Both the position numbers and the translations under genes were made by a program. DNA of 63,213 nucleotides, the filler included, from Pelomyxa schiedti (taxonomy: Eukaryota > Protista > Evosea), in NCBI GenBank assembly GCA_020536535.1. It is 7 parts of 7 records of this genome, joined end to end, with 100 filler letters (N's around TTAATTAATTAA, not from the genome) between each part and the next. Parts side by side here need not be neighbours in the genome. Positions count along the whole stretch, not along the records: positions 44,589 to 58,341 come from JAHLWZ010001186.1; positions 58,442 to 63,213 come from JAHLWZ010000169.1; 5 more parts are not named here. One strand, given 5' to 3'. Below the pieces are notes generated by a model. The model was not told where the DNA came from. It ran no database searches and saw only the letters and a program-made list of their open reading frames with translations. How positions within the stretch are numbered: the stretch's first letter is position 1; each line of letters opens with the position of its first letter. Below are positions 48,336 through 58,576 of this stretch, piece by piece.

Positions 48336-50799
48336 GAGTTGGGAGGTGCCAGGAAGGAGCGAGGAGAGGCTGGGATGTAGCTTGGGGAAACGCCAAGAGG
48401 AAAAGGGGTGTATGGAGCCGGACTGAAATAAGCAGTAGGAGAGGATGGTTGATAGCTTGTAGGTTTGTTTTGAGAGGAGCCTGACTGATGCTTTGCAAAC
48501 TGGGAGGAGCTGGCACAATAAGGGGAACCAACAGAAGCAGGTGATGTTGTACAGCTCGTGGGAGGAGTCATATTTTGCTCTGCTTGTGACCTGGGAGGCA
48601 CAAGCTGGGAGGAGCTTGTGGTATGGGTAACATAGACACTTGTTGTGGGGGAAGTGGAAGACATGAAACGGAGATACCGCTGGAGTCTCAATTTGTGGAG
48701 AAGACACCAGGGAGGAAGAAGGAGGCAACAATTGTGATGGAGGAGGAAGCAGTGCTTGCATTTGTGGATTCTGTTCCTGTGCAGCAACCCACTCTCGAAC
48801 CAACTGAGAAACATGTGCATAAAACACATTCATGAACTCCCCACGGTTTGGGAGATTAACGGTCACTGTTGTGTAAGGCCCGCCAAACTGTTCTGAATAA
48901 CCAGTTGTTTCCTTGTGTGGTGCCGAAAAAGATTCCTGACAGTTTTGCAAGACTCCTTGCCAGCAGAATGTATGTCTTTTCGAGTGAGGGCCTGGAAAGT
49001 CTTGAGGAAGGACAATGGCATTGATGGAACTTACCATTTTCACCTTCATCTCTGTCTTTACTCCTTTTCTCTGCTTTCATTCGTTCTGCTTCAATGCCCA
49101 CTTTCATCTCTGCTGCCTTCTCCCATACCTGCATAATAATAATTAGGAAGGGCAAGTCGGAATGAACTTAAATCAAAACTAAAGAGGCACAGGGAGAGCT
49201 ACCAGGACTTTTCAAATAAGCAGCAACCCGGTTTGCTGAACAGTTCGCAGGCAAGGTGGGAACAACAGTCTCTCCAATAGGAACACTCAAAGCAAGAGAT
49301 GTCCTACAACACAGTCAAATGATCAAATGAGAGTGAGCAAAAAATTACACACTTATTATGGACCAAGCTGGCATATGCACCAAGCCGTCCATCATGTGTG
49401 GACTTGATGTGATCTGCAAAGAAACCACACTTTGAGCAGCAGTAAGGGTTTCTACGTTTGGTGGGTTGGTTGTGTGCCATGAATAAGCCCAACAGAAAGT
49501 GTTTTTGTGCAGGCTAAGAACAAATTACTTGAATGAGTTAGAGGCAACAGTTGGTGCCTTTATAACATGTAGCTTTTCACTTTCTTCGGTGACTTGTTTT
49601 CTGCCACAATCGGTGCTGTACAGTGTTGTTTGCACTTGATTCACAGCCACAACATGCAAGTTTTGTCATTGTTCGTTGCGGCGCTTCTGGGTCACCCTTC
49701 ACTTCATTCGCCACCCAATCGCCGCTGTTCGTCACCATTGCAGCACATAAATCGACCCGTTTTCCTATAAAAATGATTATTTCGGACACTATTGCCAATG
49801 TTTGCCCAAAGCTCCCCGAAAACGAGTTTAAGTTTTTTCAGGACACTTATAGAGTTTGTTTAACTGGTTTTCGAGTTGGTTGTATCCCCGTAAGAGGGTT
49901 GGCCGCGTTGTGAAAACGTTAACTTTAAGGCGCCGAGGAAAAAAGTTTACGGAACGTTTTGTGGCCTTTTAAACGAAGCGGAAAAAACCATTTTTATCAA
50001 AAAAACCTGGGGGCAAGGTGTGACCATGCCGGTGGTGTCACCATGTCGGCGATGGTAGGGACGCGAGCTCAAGTGAGAAAGGCAAACAGACCAGCCGTGG
50101 TGGTAGATGCCTTTTAAACGATGTCAATCAGTTTTGTTTTCTCCAATGTCTCGTGAAGTGTGAACAAATAAATCGCTGTAATTAATCTAATACGTAGTCA
50201 GGGACTAATCTAACTCCACAGTCACCCCCAACACTACCGCCACGTCGGCCGACTCTGCACATTGGTATGTATCCTCTTTGAAGGGAAAATCTCACTCTGT
50301 CAAGGGCAAGATTGAGAGTTCCCAAGGGAATCACGTCGTAGGTACCAGTATTTCCGCACTGAAATCTAATGATATCTTCATATAGATATAGAGGCGGGAG
50401 CGGATGTTGTACATTCATCCCCAGGTTAATGCTTAAATCAAATACAAGTGGGAAAATGACAGTTTCAGGAAGACTTAATTAGTTGACTACCACAATCACT
50501 GGACATGTAATATTCTTTGTTTTTCGTTTACCATTCTCACATAGTGGCAGACTGACTTGTGGACAAGACAGCAGAATAAAGAATGGCAACCCCTTCTCCC
50601 ACCCCTTGGACTCTGGCTGGGGTTCCCCTCTATCTCCCCACACACTTGTAGCTCATTTCACGTGTATCGTAGTGGCTACTCTCACCCACTTTTTCCCCTC
50701 TGTATCTGCCTTTTCAAAGGCCTGACAAAGGAAATTCACTCCCCAAAGTAATGAATCCTTCCAAATTGTTTTTTTCAAAAAAAAACAGAATTATTTTAC

Positions 50800-51900
50800 A
50801 TAGCCATGTTTGAGAGGGAGAAGAGTGAAAATGGAGGTGAGATACAGGGAGAGTTGTTGGGTGGGGTGATAAACAGGAGATGGAACCCACTCCACTGGCA
50901 AGTAGTCTGTCACCTAATTAAAGTATGTGAGACTGAGAAAGAAAAAAAGAAGCCACACACCAGTGTACCAAGGTGCCAGAAATGTAGAAAGGGTATTGTG
51001 TGCAATACCGGGGACCCTGCATTGTCAACAGGCAGCATGAGGAGATGGTTTGGAGCAAACTGTGATCTCTCCTCAGGAAGGACAGCCTAAATCCATCCGG
51101 AAAAAAAGTGGGAATGCATAAAGTTAGATTCAAAGATCAGAGCTCTGAGGAAATAAACAGATGCGCAGAAGGGGCTTCTCCAATGGGAGGGAGTGAGGGT
51201 TGACACTCACTTCGCATCCTGGAGACCCGCCTCTTCCATCGAAACTCCAGTCATTGTTGACAATCTTGACGCAAACTCTGTTATGTTTTAAATGAAGGTG
51301 ACCGGTAATGCTTGCCGTTGCACTCATCGTGAAACAGAATTAGAACGGAAGTGATGGTAATGATGCATACAACATCCAGCAAATGTTCTTGTATTCCATT
51401 CCATGGCACTCTACCTATTGGCGATTGATTGGCTGAGGCCATGTGCTCCCTTCAACAATTTTTGTCATTAATAGTGGTGGTCATTGACAGTGGTAACTCT
51501 GGGGCACTGGAGAGATGTGGCACTCTTTGTTCACTTAAGCATTGCAAATAAAGGTCCCTCAAGAAAGTGGTCGTGGTAGAGGTAGCTATGTGTGGTCTGG
51601 TGATTTGTTTCCAAGAAAACTTGGCCACAGCCACGACGCCACGCATACGCAAGGGGACCTGCTGGTCCGGTGCGGTGATTCGAGGGTGAATCATGTACGC
51701 CGATGCGGTACTTCGAGGGCAATCAACGCTGATGATTTGTGGTTGAGATGCCTAAGTTCAGATCAATGGACTGCTTTGGTACCAGAGCTTACATATCACA
51801 GGTCCTTTGTGACACCAGAGCCCTTAACATTGGTCAGCATTGCCTCTTGAGTGTGAAGGAGGATAAAAAAAAAAAAGTCCGTGCACCCAATCCCGTAATG
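50800..51900 (-). CDS. possible hypothetical or decayed gene, multi-exon
   Basis: short open exons with splice-like boundaries; no family recognised. Confidence 0.25.
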
Positions 51901-53465
51901 CCAAGGACTCTGAGCCTGAGATGAAAAGTAGAGTTCGTACATTCCTGCACTTACTAAAACACTTGCCGCATGTTGTATGCTACGATTCTCATAATTCCTG
52001 CACTAATAATCTCATTTCAGAGTGGATTCTGCTGCAGGGCCGTCATGCCTTGCATTAAGGAGGTGCTGCTCCCTTAACCCCTGAGTTTTACAAGGCACTT
52101 CATATTACATGGCCACTCCACAGCTTATCTAGATTTCACCCCCACCCTCCCACTTTCGTTCACAAGTTGAGGTGTTTTGTACCAATGCATCTCGTGTTCT
52201 GTAACCTGAGGTACAAACTGACTTTTTCTTAACGGGAAAATTGTGCACGCACTCACTGGCATCTACACATTCCACCACTCTCGTGGCCTTTCTTTGGAAC
52301 TCTGTCTGGTACAGAGTGCAAACATCCACCATCCAAAAAAGTAATCCTGCACCGTTTTTCACAGCGTTGTTATTTCAAGCAAGTAATTGGCGGTACCGTA
52401 TAATTTGGTTGCCAAGTACTTGCTCCCAAGAAAAGGAGGCACAAACCTACTGTTTTTCTAAACAAACTATCAAGTAACTTGAATAACAACCCTTTGGTGG
52501 TGCAAAATAACCAACCGCGTGAACAAACAACCAATTAAAGCGCCATGCAGTGTGCACAACTAACCTCATTAATTAACATTGACCATTTTTACCAAAAGGT
52601 TTACCCTCATGGGACTTCAGGGATCTAGAGGGGTACTACCTGTACCTGCACCTGTACCTGCACCAACACTAACAGCTAGAATTGGAGAAGAAGCGGTCAG
52701 AGCAGTTGCAACCATAATTGAAGAGTTGGGAGGACAAGGCCGCTGTGAAAGCATTTTCTTCTTCGAGCTGGGTGGAGTGCAAGAAGGCAATGATGTGCAG
52801 TGAGAGGGTGCCCCAACACAAGCTGGAGACCCTCTTGAGCAGTTACAGGAAACAAATGATCGACTTCCACCTTCCAGAGGCCAGTGTCGATGCCATTATC
52901 ACTGCCATCAAGTCCTGCCACCGGCACCACGGGTTCGTGACATGTAAGTCAATTGATGGTAACGCACCGTTATTGGAGGGAAATCTCGTGAAGAGGTTCT
53001 GTCACACTGTGAGAGATATTGCCAGTACCGCACACCGAAGACTGTGTGTGAAAACATTGAAAAGATGTATGGCCTCCCAGCTCGGCCCCCGGCTCTTCTT
53101 TCTGAAGGTGAAAAGATTAAGGTGGAAGAAGTTGATTGAGTGGGGAAAAAAAAAAGGTATTAGTTTCGTTGTGGCTGTCCAAGCATATCTGGATCAATGG
53201 GCGGTGATTTTTTTTCCCGATCAAGTTCCTGTAAACGGCTCTGCCCCGTTTTTTTGGGCGGTGATCCAGTCAAAAAGCTGTGAAAAATCACTGCCCGGGG
53301 CGGTGATAAGTGGTTTGCACCTAGCTGTTATTCCTCACTGCAAAAGGCCTGGTCTTGCTTATTTGTCCCAGACAAACACGATGGGGTTATTTGATCCCTG
53401 TGTTACTGGGTATAATAGTGAAGATCTTGTTCTAGGACTAAAGACAAGAAAAAAAAATGGTTGTT

Positions 53466-53726
53466 TGTGGCGAGGTGACTTCGCGTCGCTGTAGTTCTAA
53501 GTACGGTTCTAGGCGACACCTAGAACTGATTCTAGCGCCTTTATAAGGCGGGAACAACACCATCGTAGTTATTGCAAGCAAAAAGCTAAAGTAATAAACA
53601 ATAAACTCTTGTGTTTGTATTCGGGCTTCTTTCTCCCTTACTACACAAGTAAAACAACAACCATCAACACCCCAGCACACCTCACAGTGTGGTGGTCACT
53701 ATCCCAACCCAATCTACCTCGGCACA
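53466..53726 (+). mobile_element. solo LTR, 261 bp (copy 2), nested in the TIR element
   Basis: TGTG..CACA termini; perfect 5-bp TSD TTGTT (53461-53465 and 53727-53731); empty site at 31178-31182. Confidence 0.9.
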
Positions 53727-54001
53727 TTGTTGCATAGTGATGGGACGCAATAAAGCAACGAGAGCAACAACTGAGGTAGACACAGGAACGTCGTTATTGG
53801 TGCCTCCAAGTGGTGACAAGTGCGTTGTTGGGTGGGACGCTGGGGGAGGTGACGACGGCAGCGACAGGGGGAACAATGGTGGTGACAACAGGGGCAACAA
53901 ATGTGGTGAGTGCTTTCAGTGGGCAGGGACCGGCGTGGTGGCGACTGGTGCGGCAGTGAAATGTGTGGCTGCCATGGGGGGAGCTACAACATTGGTGACA
54001 A

Positions 54002-54190
54002 GTGCGGCAACGGGTGCGGCGACGGGTGCGGCGATGGGTGCGGCGATGGGTGCGGCGACTGCGGCGACGGGTGCGGCGATGGGTGCGACGACTGCGGCGA
54101 CGACTGCGGCGACGAGTGCGGCGATGGGTGCGGCGACGGGTGCGGCGACGGGTGCGGCGACGGGTGCGGCGACGGGTGCGGCGATGGGTG
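54002..54190. repeat. 12-bp minisatellite (GCGACGGGTGCG-like)
   Basis: direct reading; homologous to 30650-30880. Confidence 0.85.
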
Positions 54191-57100
54191 TGACTGGTGG
54201 GAGGAGTGCAACAAAGGGTACTTCAACTAGTGCCACACACACTACTACAGTGTTGTTCCCTTTAGCTAACAAACAATCAGCAGCACCTGTTTCCTCTCAA
54301 CCAAAAAGAAAAATACCCCCAAAATCAACAAAAAAACCTTCAAAATATAAAACTAAAAAACCCCCAGAACCTAAAAAACCTAAACATTCACATGCTCTTC
54401 GTGTACCACATAGACATGCACCCTCAACCTCACTTCAACATTTTGGATCACCAAGGGATTACCCTGTTTCCAGCTTGGATGATGAAGCCTTTTCATCAGA
54501 AGATGATGGTAATGCAGCCTTGATTTTAATATAATAATGTTGTATAGATGTCATAAATGTTGATAGTGACAACTCTGGTGATAGAAACTCATCAAGTTCT
54601 TCTTTGCTGTCTGTGAATTCAATTGAAAAATCCAAAGAGGTAAACCCTGCACTTGTCACCACAACTGTCACCGCACCCGTCGCCACACCCGTCGCCACAC
54701 CCGAGCTTTGTACTCCTTGTTTAGCCCAAAGCTAAACCCCTCAGTTCACTATTGGTGTGAACATTCTTGGTCAGATGCTGAATTCTATGGTCCCCCAAGT
54801 ATTCTCAAACAAGAACTGGCTGAGGCAATGAATAAATGGCATAAGAGCCTCAAAGAGGCTTGTTGTCAAGGAAGGCTCTCTTCATCAGACACACACAACA
54901 CTTGGGAGTGCTTATTGCGACAAATAGTGGCTTTAACTGGCCTGTCAGCACTGTTAAATATTGAGTTAGATTAAGAGCAACATAAAAAAAAGTTTTTTTC
55001 TTGTGGTTAACCCAGGGCGGTGATTTTACTGCTCAACCACCGCCTGGGGTGGTGATCCGATTTGGCTGCAAAAAGTGCATCATCACCACCCAAAATCACC
55101 GCCTGGGCAGTGATTTTGGGCGGTGATGATACACTTTTTGATAGGGAAAAAAATCACCACCCACTGATCCAGATATGCAATGTGACAGAGAAAACATGAT
55201 TGCGATTATTATCATTGTTAATTCTTCATGTTGAAATGAGGTCTGGCTTCTTTCAGCTTGCCAAATCATATCTGGTTCATAAGGGTGAAAATTTTTCCTC
55301 AGGAAAAGCCTCTATGTTTTAAAAAACTTCCGCCCAGGGCAAAATGATCGTTTCTGCTGTATTGTATTGTGTTTGGACTTTGCCCAGGGCGAAAACAACA
55401 AGTGCCTCAAACAACGTTGTTGTCTCAGGATGCACAGTGTATTTGAGGTTGATGGGTGTTTTGCCCCACTCAGATTATACATTGCCTTCACCAAGGGACC
55501 CTCAGAAATCTAATAGTCACATTTCTGGTGATTGCCTGCCTAATAACAAACCACCATCACTGTGATCAATGTTGCGTGTAGTGTTGTGGTTTGCTGTGAT
55601 GTTTTCGTGCGACCCGACAACAACATAAAAGCGGCCATTCCCCTATCAGATCTACCCGATTCAACCCGAAAAAAAACAATCCGAAACTAAGGTGTGGAGG
55701 TGTTCGGAGGTTTGAAAATGGGTGGGAGAGGAAGAGGAAAGAAAGTGTCTGCATCACAGCCTCAGGCAGCACCATCAACAACCCCATTGGCTTCACAACC
55801 TGCTGATGTCCGTGTTCATCTTCGTCACCGTTCCTCCCATTCATTTACCCCTGGCACAGAGGGCTCTGAGAACTTTGACACATCATTTTGTGTTATGTTT
55901 TTAAATTAACTAAATAGGTTTGATTATTAATCACTAAGAGATAATAGTTCCACCTCCACCTTTGTTGCCTTTGTGTCCAACACATCCCAAAGTTGTTGTG
56001 TCTTCATCAGGTATTTTTTTTTGCTTTATACTCAATGCTATAGTCTCTGTTTCCAATAATGAAAATGTCTCCATTGACCACAATGTTTCTTTTGCCTTAA
56101 TATTAATAAAACCTAAACTTATCAAGGCTGCAAACAGCACTATTTCTTCTTCTGAAAGCACCAAGAGCACAACTAATTCTGCCTCTTGTGCTGATATCGT
56201 AAATGTGACAGTTCCCATTTTGGAGAAGAACCAACTGGGCAATAACAGTGGCTCCCCAAAAGGTATCAAAATTCCTGTCTCCCTGATGTAGTAATGTAAA
56301 AAGATTGGTTGAAGATCTTTCGACATCATGTCACAATAAGTGAATCATTGCCTGGTAGCTGTTTCCGACAAGACGACTTCCAAGATGAAGGTTATCCTCA
56401 AGTCCATGAAGTGCTTCTTGAATGTCAAGGTCTTGCCAAGATGCTTCAGCCAACAGATCCACAATTGAAAGAGGTGCAAACATACATAAACCACTTATAA
56501 ACAGTAGTTGAGACAAGACAGAAACTGAGTCATCAACATAAAGTGAGAGAAAAGAAAACAACCAAAACAAAAAAACATACAGATGAAGAATGCAAAGATG
56601 AGTCCTGGACTGTAGATGAAGACACAGTCACTGCTCCAACAGATGGCTATCAGTACTGGGAGAGAGCCACCCGCTGGAATTCAGCCAAGGAAGTCATCAT
56701 GGCTGCTGAATTGGGGCAGAAAATTGAAGTGGCAGGCTTCGAGGAACCAGTCTATTTGGTGGAGATCTACAAATCCATAACCAAAGGGCAAGAGGATGCA
56801 GAGTTAAAGATTTCTATTATTGAAGCTAACAACACAAAGCCACACAAAATGTCCATGTCCAAAATCACCAGAACCTTTACAGTATTCCAACAAATAAAAC
56901 ACAATTGTATCTAATTTAATCTTCAACAGACTATTGACAAAGAAGCAGCTGTGTATGGTGCAACACTCTGGGAAAAGCACAGATATCGTTCTCACAAAAG
57001 AGTTGTGGAAGAGGGTGAGTCAATTACACCATCAAGTCAGACAACCCCCTCTAAACCATCAACAACAAAAGCCTCTCCACCTCCAAACAAGAAGGCAACT

Positions 57101-57426
57101 AGAAATGTATCCCCTGCTAAACCTGTGTCTCTTCCCATTGAAAAACCATCTTCAGCATTTGCTCAAGTCACTCAAATGGCCAAGAGCAAAGGGTCTGATC
57201 AAACTCTGTCTACAACTATGCATCTTTGTGTTAATTCGATAAATGTACCACTGTAACTTAATTCTCTTGATTCACATAAGTAAATAGATGAGATGCCATG
57301 AAGAAGCACAAGGTTGGCAACAACAAAATGCCCAGTTGGTGAAGCTTCTAGAAGAGAAAGAGCAAGCCTGTAAGACTTTCCTTTCTGCCTTCCAAAAGAA
57401 AGGAACTTAAATAAATAGGAACTTCA

Positions 57427-58200
57427 TTGCTTTCTTCTGAAACAACCACACATTCTGCCTTTCAAAGAGCTGTTGAACAGGCACAAAGTGACATTGTGCA
57501 TGCAGTGCAGTTCAGTGCTTTTGTGAAGCTGCAACTGGGACTCTCCAACAGCAAATGGAACCTTATGTGTTCACTGTTAGGTTTCCCACAGAGGAAGATT
57601 GCAATTTCACAGTGTGTGAAAGATCACAGCAAGTGGGCACATGTTTCTGCAATACCTGGCATGAATGGCGCCTTTGCTTCTTGTTCAGCTGTTTTTTTAC
57701 ACTTGAAGGATAACATCACTCAAAGAAAGGCTTGGGACCTTCATGGGCTCAATCACATTTTGGTAATGGGTTTCATTGATGGTCGGCTCTTATGGGGCAA
57801 AAATCTTTTCTATGGCTTGAGCGTCTCCTCTGTGACTGACCCACAACAGTTCTACTGTTTTGGGAAACTACCAGATCCAATATGTTGGCTCTTTGTTTGC
57901 TCTTCACAACTCAGTTGAATCCTTCTGTGCACTATTGGTGTGATCACTCACAATTTCACCCTTATGAACCAGATATGGGCTTGAGTACTCAAACCATTTG
58001 GAAACCAAGTTAATGTCGGGACCGTTGTGGTGGTTTCCAATGTAGTACCAAAGTGTGTTGTTTTGTGCTGCTGGGTACACAGCACCCAGCAGGGAGTGCA
58101 TGGAAGAAACTCCATGCAGTTTCAAACAAAGAGGCACAAAGTATTTTATTCATCTTGGAATGGATGGATCCATTTGGGTGTGTTTGTGTTGAGGTTTTTT
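57427..58200 (+). pseudogene. possible decayed CMC/Chapaev/Transib(RAG1-like) transposase fragments
   Basis: VKLQLGLSNSKWNLM, ILVMGFIDG, and in another frame GGFQCSTKVCCFV, resembling recalled GLQxGYTKYCCFLC-type motifs; not verified. Confidence 0.3.
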
Positions 58201-58299
58201 GTATATTTGTATAGAAATGAGGTGACTTGGTGTGTGTTTATAAAGGATTCCAAAGTCAAGGGAAAGGTCTTGGGTATCTAATGTGCCTCAACGCAGGTA

Positions 58300-58341
<42 letters not shown>

Positions 58342-58441
58342 NNNNNNNNNNNNNNNNNNNNNNNNNNNNNNNNNNNNNNNNNNNNTTAATTAATTAANNN
58401 NNNNNNNNNNNNNNNNNNNNNNNNNNNNNNNNNNNNNNNNN
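58342..58441. other. artificial contig linker (preceded by a 58-nt T run)
   Basis: TTAATTAATTAA at 58386-58397. Confidence 0.97.
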
Positions 58442-58576
58442 CAACAGAAAAAATGACGAAGAGACACTTGAATTACAGTCATTTGATTACCCGCAGAGAA
58501 GGCGAAATATCAACTTGTGCGTGCCCGTTGGACTTTTTTCGCGGAGTGCGTTGGAGAGGAGGACCCAGGCCATACG

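Larger units (their letters stand above)
53183..55178. mobile_element. about 2.0-kb non-autonomous DNA transposon with roughly 42-bp TIRs and subterminal GGCGGTGAT repeats
   Basis: left GCATATCTGGATCAATGGGCGGTGATTTTTTTTCCCGATCAA versus reverse complement of right GCATATCTGGATCAGTGGGTGGTGATTTTTTTCCCTATCAA (3 mismatches, 1 indel); clustered ATCACCGCC/GGCGGTGAT motifs at 53200-53310 and 55015-55165; second copy at 29744-31208. Confidence 0.8.

Noticed and set aside
53910-54230. Cys-rich CGDG-repeat (metallothionein- or keratin-associated-like) protein, also at 30555-30935
   Set aside because: It is one of several open frames of a 12-bp minisatellite; there is no independent support for translation.
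58284-58341. Poly(A) tail of a non-LTR retroelement
   Set aside because: The T run ends at a contig break; no element body or TSD is visible.
29644-58441. Recurrent palindrome TTAATTAATTAA as a biological motif or element boundary
   Set aside because: It is always centred in exactly 100 nt of N padding and has stops in six frames, so it is an artificial concatenation linker. Neighbourhoods across it are meaningless.
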